Assembly: GCA_951406725.2 (NCBI GenBank)
Contig: OX597814.1
Location: 76,818,001 to 76,882,000, forward strand
DNA: 64,000 nt
From: Octopus vulgaris
Taxonomy: Eukaryota
Reading direction: 5' to 3'
How positions within the stretch are numbered: position 1 is the first letter of the stretch; every line of letters begins with the position of its first letter. Below are positions 29,360 through 41,059 of this stretch, piece by piece. The position numbers were made by a program, and so were the translations under genes. The notes below the pieces were generated by a model. That model saw only the letters and a program-made list of their open reading frames with translations. It was not told the origin of the DNA and did no database searches.

Positions 29360-31190
29360 TTCCTTTTATAGTATTATTAAAATGATTATTACCATTTATT
29401 GAACTTAAATTAAAATAAAAATTAGTCTTCTTTCTATCGTTATTTTTATTTATATTTTTATTATTATTATCATTATTATTATTATTATTATAATTATTAT
29501 TATAATTGTTGTTGTTGTTGTTGTTGTTATTATTATCAATGCTAGTATTATTATTATTACTACTACTATTACTACTTTTATTACTATTATAATTATTATT
29601 AATATTATTATTAAAGAATCTAATATTATTATTATATCTTGCCTCTCGCAGGGCTTCATTATAATAAGGTGCATGTATATTAAAAATCTCTAAATCATAA
29701 GAAAATAATGATATTCGTTTACTAATATTATTTATCAACGATTTCTTAATTGATGGTGGGTGATTACTATTAGCATCTATATATCTAAGGTTTTCATTAA
29801 ATTTATGATATGGTTCGATTTTACCCGTTATTAAATTAAAATTAACATCTAAATAATTTACATTATATTTCTCGTTATATATAGTAATACTTAAACATTA
29901 TCTTTTAAAGAAACTATATAGTTTCTTCTTATATAATTCTAGTTTTCTATTAGTGAAATTCTTAGTAATTAATAAAAGGTCATCCCTATATAAACCACCC
30001 TCTAATTTTAAATTTTCTAATTAAAGTTCAGATAATAAATAAATACCTACAAAAATCCGTAGCTTGTACAGAATCGGATGCCCCCATAGGTATATCAAAA
30101 TAGTCTCTAGTATCCTTCCTAGCCCATAATTTTTTATTATATCTAATAAACGATTTTCTAGCCATTTTAAGTACATTAACTTCATCAAAAGTCATTCCTA
30201 CCTTATTCATTGCATATATTAGGGCCTTATTAAACACAATTTCATTAATAGAAGAGTAATAATTATCTATATCTATTTGAATAAATTTATATCGATTTTT
30301 TTTTCTTTAATATTATTAAACCAATTTAGAGTATTACTATCACTAGTCCATGAGTTTAGGTAATTTAGATTTATTTGATCTATTAATATATTCATCCAAA
30401 ATTAATTTACTCAATTTACCAAGGTCTTATTTACATGGATAAATTAATCTAATTTTAGGGTCTGAATAAAAATTATCTTTATTGTCTTTTAAAGTAATTC
30501 TGGGGTGCATGGGTACATAAGGTTTAGTTTTATTATCTAACTTATAATTTATCATTATTAATTTAGAGGCCTTGTTTATAGTATAAAGTGTATTATCTGG
30601 AACACTTTTATATCTTTTAATTATCTCTTTCTCTAATAAGTTATTAATATTATTTAACATCTAGTTTGTATAGATTCCTAGTTTTATCTGATTGTACAAT
30701 AATACTATCCATATTTCTCACTTCTTTAATTCTAAATAGCTAAATTTCTTAAACATTCATTATGTCTGTTTGGGTATTTATGAAATTTAATATTTTTCAC
30801 CACCTTCCAAATATTATCTTCTAAGACCTGTATATCTGTATTATATGGGGGTTCGTTTTTAGATTTAAATTTAAAATTAAAATCATTTGTATTCACAATA
30901 TCGTTAAAATTAGCTATATTACAGTTATAATAGTAGGCTTCCCATTTAATCCAAGAAACAAAATCCTTAATATTATTAAGAAGTTTCAAAATAAATTCTT
31001 TCCTAGATGGTATTGGAATATCAGTTAGTCTTTTACTGTCTATTAATATTAATTCTAATATTAATAATTATTGTACTCCAACCTTCATACCTATTTTACT
31101 GACGGGTGCTTTATAAGTAATTTACAAGTGAAGAAATCCATAATTAGACATCGTAAGTATTGGTATATTTGTTCTTCTGGTACTAGTTGG
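26870..31190 (-). mobile_element. Naiad-type Penelope-like element, nearly full-length but degraded
   Basis: IPSRKEFI..KDFVSWIKWEAY, ITLKDNKDNF..PKIRLIYPCK, FDIPMG, GLYRDD (29976-30000), STELCKYIWEIK...C..C...CRH; 1.5-kb AT-rich 3' region ending in an HHR. Confidence 0.85.
27023..27122 (-). ncRNA. Degenerate hammerhead with very long stem II
   Basis: aac UUGAAGA uugacuauaau...auuguagccau GAAA uguacg UA guu. Confidence 0.55.
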
Positions 31191-31199
31191 CAATCTAGA

Positions 31200-31273
<74 letters not shown>

Positions 31274-31364
31274 AATCCAAACGGGAAAACAGAAAAAACA
31301 ACAACACGTGGAACAATTACAGTATTATTATTAATAGGCGCTCAGGAAAGATGGAAGCAGGAAG

Positions 31365-31399
31365 GTATGACGTTTCGAGCGGAGCTCTTCGTCGGAAAC
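31365..31399 (-). ncRNA. Degenerate minimal hammerhead in a PLE terminal repeat (~31270-31600)
   Basis: guuu CCGACGA a gagc-ucc-gcuc GAAA cg UC auac; downstream tcctgagcgcc shared with the 10103 copy. Confidence 0.5.
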
Positions 31400-32632
31400 A
31401 TAAAGATGGAAGAGAGAGGAAAGAAAGATCCCGAGGTGGGCAAACAGAGGGAGAAAAAAAAAGCGACTGGTGTTTACGAAGTACACATGGTGAAAGGCGG
31501 AAGTTTACGATAACAAGAGCAAAGTAGGTTTTTAAAGCCAAAAGAGTGGAGACAGGGTTGGTAACGCAACAGATGTGTGTGTATGTGTGAGTGTGTGCGT
31601 GTGCGTGTGTGTATGTGTGTGTGAGGCGAGATAAAAAACAAAAAATATATGTATATGTTAGTGTGTGCGTCTGTGTGTAGGCGTGTGAGGTAGGGCGAAA
31701 CAGTAGTAGGCATAGCAGACAGTGGTCAGTAGTAAAAAAATGAAGGAAGGAGGAAGGGAGGAAGGGGAAGGGGTGGGGGCGTATGTAACGTGCCAGTGTG
31801 TGTGTTGAGTGGTAGTGTGTGTGTGTCCAGTGTCGTAGTTGTATGTATGGCGAGTAGATTTGAAGTGTGTGTAAGAGTAATGTATATATTTAAGCAAATG
31901 TGTGTGTGTGAGTGGGTGTATGTATGTGTGCGCGTGTGTGTACAAAAAGGGGGGGGGGGTTATAAGGAAAAAGGACTCCAGCTGAGGGGAAGATGGAAGA
32001 GTGGTCCCGCGGAGACGGGCGTGGGAGAACCCAACGACAGTCGACGGCCCCAGAAACGAGCCGGAGATCTCGTCGGGTCCAAGAGCGAGGTGCATGCATG
32101 CGCGTATGCGTGCGCGAGCCGGCGCAAGCGCGTGTGTGCGCGCGCCTGCGAGTGTGTGTGTAAGTATGTGTGTGTGTGGATGTGTGAGTGTGTCTGTGTG
32201 TATGTCTGGGTGTCAGTGTGTCCGATGAATGTATGTAAGTATGTGTGTATATATGTGTGTGCATAGATGTATGTCCGTGTGTGTGTGTGTGTGTGTATGT
32301 GTATGAGTGTGTATGTATGTACGTGTGTGTGTGTGGAAGTGTGTGTATGTGCATGTGTGTGCGCGTACATGCAGGTGTGTGAGTGAGTGTGTGTGTATGT
32401 ATGTGTGAGTGTGTATGTATGTGTGTGTAGGATGCATGTATGTCTATGGGTGTATGTATGTGTGTGTGTATGTATGTATGTGTACGTGCGTGTGTGTGTG
32501 TGTATGCATGTATGCATGTATGCGTGTAGGTGTGCGCATGTGCATGCATGCATGCATGTGCGTATGTGTGTGTGTGTGTGCATGTGTGTGGGTATATATG
32601 TATGTGCGTATATGTGTGTTTATGTGCGTACA

Positions 32633-32679
<47 letters not shown>

Positions 32680-32681
<2 letters not shown>

Positions 32682-33113
32682 AAATCATGGTACTGTGGAT
32701 GATAGAGCATCGCGTGTTTGCCTACGAATGTTACGCGTCAGACAAGCTTTGATACGGAGTCCGAATTGTTCTGCTCGGAGGCATTCCACTGAACTTGGCA
32801 TCGGTAATCGATCGGTTAGGAGTATTTTGCATGAAGACCTGAATTTCCCCGTACGAATTAGTCATTGGGCAACATCTGAAACCATGGAACTATGCACAGA
32901 GAAATGCTGGAGAGAGTGGAGGCCAACTTCCAAGAACGCCTTCAGAAGTGCATCTGTTAAAACGGACACCACATGATGAATGTTGTTTTGCACACTTGAT
33001 TTTAACAAATACCAATTCAATACAAACACATTGATAACAATAAAGTTTGTAGCTCAGATTAAAGATTTTGTGAATTTTTCAAAAACATCCATCCTCTCTG
33101 CCCCATCCTATAT
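32680..33113 (+). mobile_element. Internally deleted Tc1/mariner-superfamily transposon remnant
   Basis: VRQALIRSPNCSARRHSTELGIGNRSVRSILHEDLNF HTH-like segment; ends in TIR-like ctgccccatcctaTA. Confidence 0.7.
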
Positions 33114-33275
33114 AAATAATTGTAGAACTGATAATATGTATGGTGAAGTTAACGTTACTGATAATCATCCAGAACAAGATTTAGAATCTATACTTGATCA
33201 AAACGCTGATAATATTGTTAGTCTTTTACTTTGTATTAATATTAATTCTAATATTAATAATTATTGTACCCCAAC

Positions 33276-35200
33276 AATCTTGCGACATGTTAGTGTTGCT
33301 GATGTCACCTTCACATTATGGACAAGGTCCACATTATCTGTGAAGCAGAAGTCTAATGTGTTGTTTCTCCCTGGCTGGCCTGAGTATCATTAGTTCCATG
33401 AACAGCATATTAGTAAGTTCAACTAATGATTCTATATGCTTTTGTTCATGCAGTGACATCCCAGAGAGAATTTGGCCTTCTGGACTGAAGCCACCCAGGA
33501 AGTGTATGTTGATGTTCTGATCGATGTGTTTGAGGCTATCCTCAAATTTGCCATCATATCTTGTGGTATTCGGCGGACAATATATTGTGCATGCAGCTAC
33601 ATCAACCTGCTTTATATATATTATTAAGGTGTCGCAAACTGAGTTTGAATGTGACAGTAATACAAAAAGTGTGACATCTTCACGGATGTACATAGCAACT
33701 CCACCGTGATTTCTCGCTCTTCTGTCTGTACAAAATACAGCATACTCTGGTATGTGTACTTCCGCATCTGTTTAGGTGCGTTTCAGTGAGTGCCATGCAT
33801 ATTACTTGATTGCATGTAGCAAGCCCTTTTGGAATGAATATTTTACCTCTGTTGCTAAGTTTTAGCAGACCTCCAATGTTCAGTAGCAGTAAGAATATGA
33901 GTGTGATATCAGAGTGGGTGTTAGTGGTGGCCATCCTGGGCCTGTCACCTGAGGTGGTCTTGTGCATTGAAATGCATGGCTTTGACTTTGCATCCTGTTC
34001 ATCCATGTCAGCTGCTGCACTATCTTCTGGGCCATATTTAAAAAAAGACTTGTTCGATAGCTGCAGTTCCTACAGTATCTGCATATTGCCTTTTGAAGGA
34101 TACAGAGTGCTTACGTTGATCTCTTCTCCTACTCTTTTGAGACGCATTTCTTCCTGTTGGAGCACTATTAGCCTGCAGATCCATGCTTGATGATTTCACT
34201 CTATGTTTTTGCTGGTTTTGTTTCAGGTTACCCTGCTTGTTGTTCCGATAAAATTTATGATGGGCAAAGCTGCATCTCTCTCCCTTTTATCCATGCCAGC
34301 TAGTGCCATTTAAATAGAATTTACATACACCCTGAGCTCTATCAGTTTCTGTCTTTGTGCTCCTTCGTTTTTCCTTTTCGGTTTTGGGTCTTTGTCTTTG
34401 TTCATGTTCTTCCTGTTACCTTTGGACTTCAGGGCATTAGTGTTCCTGGTTGCGTCAGTTTCTTGTCTGCCTCTCTTTTTCACGACAGTCCAGCTTTTGA
34501 CTGTTCTTATCGCAACCGTTGCTGCTGTCAGTGTTGCTTTTGAGGCCAGTGGTGTTCACAGTTTCTTTTTCAGTGCTGTTTTTCGGGCCAATGATGTTCG
34601 CAGTTTCTTTCTTTTCCTTTTTTTATATTGTCTGTTTATTCTTCATTGGTTTCCAGAAATACAGGGTCGTCCTTGAGCCCTTCTGTTTCCTTCATTATCT
34701 TTTCTAGTAGGTCGATATGTGGCTTGACAAGATCATAAGAGCATATGGACTCTTGTTTCTTTTGCACGATCTGTGCCATGAACCTTTGGTAACCATAGCT
34801 CTTCAAAGCCGCCGCTATAAGATCGTTGGACGGAGAACCGTCGCTCATGCTCCAGCTTTGGATAAAAAGACGGAACTCATCGAACTGCCAATTTCGACAC
34901 ATCCCTTGTATTGAGTTGGTGCATAATTATTGCGGCTTTTTTTTTTTCAACAAAAACAATAACAAGTAACAAAAACATCTTTAAATGATTATTCCGGAGC
35001 ATGTTCACCATCTACTTTAATTACTGCTTCCCATTTGCTTGGCAGACGGTCGGACTGTCATTTAAAGATGTTTTCGTTAAATATTGTTATTGCTTTTGTT
35101 TAATAAAATTTGTTGTAAAAAGCCGCAATAATTATGCACCAACCCAATATTTTGTTTGCCTGAATCTGACTGTACAGATTTGCGGTTGTTGGTATCTATC
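33276..35200 (-). mobile_element. CR1-group LINE 5' part (ORF1 remnant and APE endonuclease), degraded
   Basis: LLLNIGGL, ICMALTETHL, IYCPPNT, DLVHNVKV APE-like motifs; CCCH-like GVCKFYLNG...CSFAH in the ORF1 region; interrupted by a MITE. Confidence 0.7.
34911..35147. mobile_element. Mariner-type MITE
   Basis: TIRs ttgagttggtgcataattattgcggc / gccgcaataattatgcaccaacccaa, flanked by TA at 34909-34910 and 35148-35149. Confidence 0.85.
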
Positions 35201-35889
35201 AGTTGATTTTTCGTAAAATAAAAGGCGAGAAAGAAAAAGAGCGGAAATGTTCTGAGAGAGAGAGAGAGAGAGAGTAATACGAAAGTTTGTGTCGAAGAGA
35301 GAAAGAAAAGGAAAGGTCAATGAGAGAAGAAATATGAAATAAGGAGTCTGAAACAAGAGGTGTCGCTATGTGTAGGGGAGAAATAAGGAAGTCTATGACA
35401 AGGTAGGAGAAAGAGAGAAAACAGTATCGTTAAGTGCTAAGATGACACTAAATAGTATACTTTACGTATGTTCAAAAACTCGAAATATATAAGCTTTATA
35501 ACTTTAGGAACTTTCAGAAAGGGAGAGAGGGAGGTGGAGATACAATGTTTAAGGAATGTGAGAGAGTCTAAATAGTGTATTTACCAAAGTTCAATGTATC
35601 TGAAATATATAACTTTATGAACGTTCAGAGAGAGAGGATGAGAGAGGGGGGAAGAGAGAAGGGAGATGAGAGAGAGGAGAAGAAAGAGGGAGAGAAGTGA
35701 TGTTATGTACTGAAAATGGAAAGACAGAAAGAGAAAGTTTAAGTAGCGATAGTGAAAGAGTCTAGATAGTGTACTTTGCGAAGGTTCAATGAATCGAAAT
35801 ATATAACTTTAAGGACAGAGAGAGAACAGTGATGTTATGTGCTGACAAGAAACATACGTGCATGTGTGTGTGTAAGCAAAATATTTATA

Positions 35890-35993
35890 GGCGCAGGAGT
35901 GGCACCTTGGCCAAGTGTCTTCTACTATAGCCTTGGGGCAACCAAAGCTTTGTAAGTGGATTTGGTAGCCGGAAACTGAAAGAAGCCTGTCCG
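35890..35993 (+). mobile_element. Internally deleted SINE of the 3616 family
   Basis: ggcgcaggagtggc fused to accttggccaagtgtcttctactatagcc, consistent with deletion between gtggc microhomologies. Confidence 0.7.
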
Positions 35994-37373
35994 TATTTTT
36001 CAACTGATCGTGCTGAAATTTTACACTTAGGTAAAAGACGTCACAGTAGGTGCATCAGTTAAATTTCATAACATAATCATTAGTTTCAAAGTGAGATTTG
36101 TCCTTTTTTAATCAAAATCTTGATGGAAAATCCGATTTCAATAGCTCTTATTGGCTATCTTTCCGCAAATCACGTATGAACAGCCGCTATTTTCGTCCAA
36201 TCAGCATCAGAGCATTAATTGCATTAAGCTTTCTAAGTAATTTCATGAAAAAAAGCATGCGATAGCAGTAAAAATCGATATCATCCTAGAATGGGCTGTC
36301 CTCGAACACGTGCATCCAGGCATGTCATTTTATGTTTAATAAATAAACTGATACAAAAGAGTAAGACGACAAGGCAATTATTTGGAATAAGTAAAAATGA
36401 AATAAAATATTAACTTTAACGAATGAATGGCACTAATTGGCGATCAATCAACTGTTAATATTTTCTCACATCAAAATTCAATTGACAGTGGAAAACGACA
36501 AATTGATTGGTAATTGAACGTAAAAGTTTGGGTGACAAATATCTAAACGTTTAGCTAACAGCTTTTTGTATAAAACAAAAAAATGAGCGGTATTTTTCGA
36601 CTTTTGCGTTACTCACTTGATTTGACACGTACATGCCCATTGTTTATTCTTTAATTCCATTTCATGAAGAAGGAATATTAGTATCGACGTTTCAAATTAT
36701 GAGTTATTTTTTATCAGTAAGCATAACTGAACAAATTTTTCTTATCATTTTTACGAATTTTGCAAATGAAATCAATCGGTTATATTCTAAAAAAAAAGCA
36801 CTATTCAATCGGTTCTAGTAGCTCATTCATCCACAAGGTTTGCTATTTTATCGGTCAACATTGCATATTGCCGAACCCTATATCCCATTTGAAGTTTTCC
36901 GGTTACGTGAACTTTTCATTACTTCCAAATAATTTCCCAAAGAAAGCCCGGTTGTGGTTGTCTTTCATTTTCAGGGAAATCCTAGAAACCGTTTCGATTT
37001 GCATACTCTTTTTATTTAAATTTTGCACTTAAGTGTAATATTTCTTAGAAATAGCCTTTACCTTCTGCTACCTGTCAGTGCACTAGTGTTTACATCGATC
37101 GTATACATTTTATCACAATTGCACTTTTGGTCGATAGAATATCGATTTTCTCGAAATACGTTCTGTCTACATGTGCTTATAGATGTGAATGCTCATTCAC
37201 AACTGTCCGCATCCACGTGCCATTTGGTACTTACAACACCATTGTAAATAATTATGCGCTTTAGCACTGTGGGAATTTTTGTGTTGAAATACCAAATTTA
37301 GTGCTTGCAAACAGCAACGAGGTAAATTTAATTGATTTTTTAAAGATTCATTCAATTGCAGAATTTCGATAGG

Positions 37374-37670
37374 ATGCCTCGAAAAATCAAGAGTCACATT
37401 GGCAGAAAAACAAAAACTGCTTCCGTTTTGCGTCCCTTGCGAGCAAGCGAGACAGAAGAACAACGTGTGCTTCGGCGTGCTCGCAATGCCGCCTCTAATT
37501 CGATCGCCAGAACATCACAGACAGCTCAACAAGCAGAACTCCGGCGTGCTTGCAATGCTACTTCTATTTCGATCCCCAGAGCATCACAGATTGCTCAACA
37601 AGCAGAAATCTGGCGTGTTCGCAATGCTGCTTCTACTGCAGTCGCCAGAGCTTCACAGACGGAAGCATAG
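37374..37670 (+). pseudogene. Helitron RepHel N-terminal repeat region
   Basis: MPRKIKSHIGRKTK...RASETEEQR..RR.RNA plus three ~60-bp tandem repeats, typical of animal Helitron N-termini. Confidence 0.65.
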
Positions 37671-37784
37671 ACAGAAGCGGAATTACACTATTTTAGACTC
37701 CAGTCCTATAATGAACTTACACCGTCCAATAGACGGGGGGAGGGGGCGTTTGCTATTAGATATATATATATATACACACACAGC

Positions 37785-38009
37785 TGTGTCTGGGGAGAGT
37801 CATTTTCTTTTTGTACCTTATAATTTAACACGCTCACCGGTAAAATTTCCACTTATTTCTTATTTTCAATTGTCTTGACTATTGAAAAGGTTGCAAGACG
37901 CAACGAAAATTTTAGGAAAATACAAATAAAAAAAAAGTCGAGATGTTGCCTGTGAGTGTGTTAAATTATAAGGCACAAAAAGAAAATGACTCTCCCCAGA
38001 CACAACAGA
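37785..38009. repeat. Fold-back repeat with central HHR-like motif
   Basis: tgtgtctggggagagtcattttc... inverted at ~37950-38004; same family at 10285-10410 and 11240-11282. Confidence 0.7.
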
Positions 38010-38054
38010 ATATGCTTCAACACACGAACTCACATAAATAATCTTGCAAACGAA

Positions 38055-38094
<40 letters not shown>

Positions 38095-38325
38095 GACATG
38101 TGTGTATATGTTTATGTGTCTGTGTTTGTCCCCCACCACCACCATCGCTTGACAACCGATATAAGTGTGTTCACGTCCCCCTAACTTAACGGTTCGGCAA
38201 AAGAGGCCCATAGGATAAGTACTAAGCTTACAAAGAATAAGTCCTGGGGTCGACTTGTTCGACTAAAGGCGGCGCTCCAGCATGGCCGCAGTCAAATGAC
38301 TGCAACAAATAAAAGAATAAAAGAA
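38095..38325 (+). mobile_element. SINE 3' half (3616 family)
   Basis: gcttgacaaccgat...cggcaaaagag...gactaaaggcggcgctccagcatggccgcagtcaaatgactg. Confidence 0.75.
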
Positions 38326-38904
38326 TATATATAAGCAGCTAATTATACACAATATATTGCTCACAGGGGAGCGAACCTCTACCAGCTCGAAACTGAATCA
38401 GCCTCGCGAGCCTCGAGGACTGTAGGGTTCACTTACCTGGCTAGCAATATATAAATGGTACAACACTGCACCGATAACGAGCTGGCGGAAGATCTGCCTG
38501 ATGTTCAACTAGTAGTAGTAACACGGAACAGCCACTTAGATGTGGTGATTAACTTTACCTGTTAGTATAGATTATTTTTCAAAAAGAAATAATTAAAAGT
38601 TAACATGTACTAGATGAAGGACGTGCAGTATATGCATGTAGCTAATCTTCTCCTGCATGACTGAATCAAACTATGTATTCATTAAATAACATTAGAGTGA
38701 TAAGCAGTTTAGTTTTCTCCTTTTTAAGCATATTTCATTTGAAAAAAAAAAACGTATTCCACTGGAATTTAAACTACTGGAAATTATTTTCTTCTGAATT
38801 AATTAAAATATCTGATATTGATATACGGTTTGGTGATAAGAACGGCGATGTAGTTCATAATTGGAATTTCTGGAAATTATGCTGTAATATTTGAACTGAA
38901 AAAA

Positions 38905-39300
38905 GCGGCGAGCTGGCAGAGCCGTTAGCGCGCCGGGCGAAATCCGTAGCAGTATTTCGTCTGCCGTTACGTTCTGAGTTCAAATTCCGCCGAGGTCGAC
39001 TTTGCCTTTCATCCTTTCGAGGTCGATAAATTAAGTACCAGTACGCATTGGGGTCTATGTAATCGACTTAATCCCTTTGTCTGTCCTTGTTTGTCCACTC
39101 TATGTTTAGCCCCTTGTGGGTAGTAAAGAAATAGGAATTTCGTCTGTCTTTATGTTCTGAGTTCAAATTCTACCGAAGTTGACTTTGCCTTTCATCCTTT
39201 TAGGGTCGATGAATTAAGAACTGGTTACGTTCTGGGGTCTATCTAATCGACTGACCCCGCTTCCCCAAAATTTCGGGCCTTGTTTCTAGAGTAGAAAAGA
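38905..39300 (+). mobile_element. tRNA-derived SINE with internal duplication
   Basis: gcggcgagctggcagagccgttagcg A-box; ttctgagttcaaattc B-box twice; target duplication aatatttgaactgaaa on both flanks. Confidence 0.8.
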
Positions 39301-40109
39301 ATATTTGAACTGAAAGATAGAGACACTTAACTCTACTGAAGTGCTGTTTGAAAGTACGTTATACTTTATGAAATTAGCTTAATCGCGCAAGAGTTGCACG
39401 GTAAAATGGCAACAGAGAAAGGATGAGACGCTAGATAACGACCGAGAGAGGGACAGAGAGAGAGAGAGAGTCAATATTAGAGAGAAATAGGCACCGTGAG
39501 CAAGCAGGAAGAGCTGCAATGCGAGGATAGAAGAGAGCAGTGTACGTAGGGTGAGGCAGAGAAAGACATCAAGTTACGAAGGTAAGAATGACTGAGGAGT
39601 AGCGAGCTCATTTCTCTCAATAACAACTAAGAAAATATTAAAGAAAAATGGAGGATATGGATGAAATTGAACGTACATATTATCTCAACCAGAAGAGAGA
39701 TAATGACAGACAGAGAAGAGCTGCGATGAATATAAAAGAGTGTAAGCATTACTTTCAGCAGAAAAGAGAGTGAGATCAACAAAGAAGAGCTACATTGAAT
39801 TAAGAAGAATACGTGCATTACTTACAGCAACAAAAAGTTAGAATTCAACATAGAAGAATTGAATTGAATGAAGAGCACACTCATCATCTACAATACAGAG
39901 AACGTTATCGACATAGAAGAAATAATATGAAAGATGATCAAAGATTAAGTTACCTTAATATTCAAAGGAGACTGTAACTAAAAGAAGTGGAAGAGAAATC
40001 GATATTGCTCGGCATCAACACGTTCAGCCATACAACATTGGGAAGATGAATGTCCAATGTATATACTGCAGTGCACCTCTTGTGTAAAGGACGTGGTCCC
40101 TATTGTTTC

Positions 40110-41010
40110 AAAATTGGCAGGTGCAATAATGGAATAACAGCCCAAATTGGACACCATTCAGTGGATAATCGCAACGTTGTTCTATTTAATGCTTATCTGC
40201 TGAAGAAATGCCATGAGTACATCAACTTCGAAACTTACTCCCCTGTTAAGAGGATCAAATATATCTTTAAATATTGCTATGAGGAACATAGCTGTGTGTC
40301 CATCGAATTAACAAAAGATCAACAAAATAATGCACCCGAGCATGATGAAATAAAAAAAAATACATTTCATGCCATTTCATGTAACCTTCAGAAACTATGT
40401 GATGACTGTGGTATATCACACACTGTTTACGGGCTTCTTGTGCATATTCCTAAAGCGTAGAGAATGTTTCCGTAGAAGAAAAGCTGGACTAGCAGTTGAA
40501 GCTCAGCATGATCGAGACACTCGCCACATTGTTTGGTTTAAGCTTAATGACACGGATGAAGATGCACTATGTCTTCAATGAAAAATAGCAACTGAACAGT
40601 CAGAAGAAACCATATTATCAGTCGCTTATATTCAATGAGCCTAAATCACGTATAAAAATGCACTTCTGTATGCTACAACTTCATCAAGGCACAAAAAATG
40701 TTGACGATTTAAGGACCGTAGGATGAGTAATCTTCTCATCATCCAAAGATTCAGGCATTTGTCGTCTCAAGCTTCTTGAAACTGATGATGCAATAGCAAA
40801 TGCATCAACGGAAACATCAGCCTTTAAGATGCTTTCACAACTCCCGTTAATGTTTGAAGCTATTTGTGCTTATTACCAGCCTCCTTCCTAATGCTCTGTA
40901 CCTTTGAAACATCGTCAAAGAAATAATAAGTAAGGACTTTTCGTACAGTGACTTAGATATGAACCAAGCAGAAAATGAAACACTTGATAATCTTGAGGTT
41001 CTCATTGGAA
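40110..41010 (+). pseudogene. Helitron Rep-helicase protein remnant (region C-terminal to the Rep core)
   Basis: VDNRNVVLFNAYLLKKCHEYINFETYSPVKRIKYIFKYCY resembles DNRWVVPYNPYLL..Y.AHINVE.C.S...IKY..KYVYKG; also SHTV..L.VHIP, WFKLN, DDLRTV. Confidence 0.8.
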
Positions 41011-41059
41011 ATATAATTAATTGTTGGGTTTTTGGTCTAATGGAAGCTCAGGGCCATTT

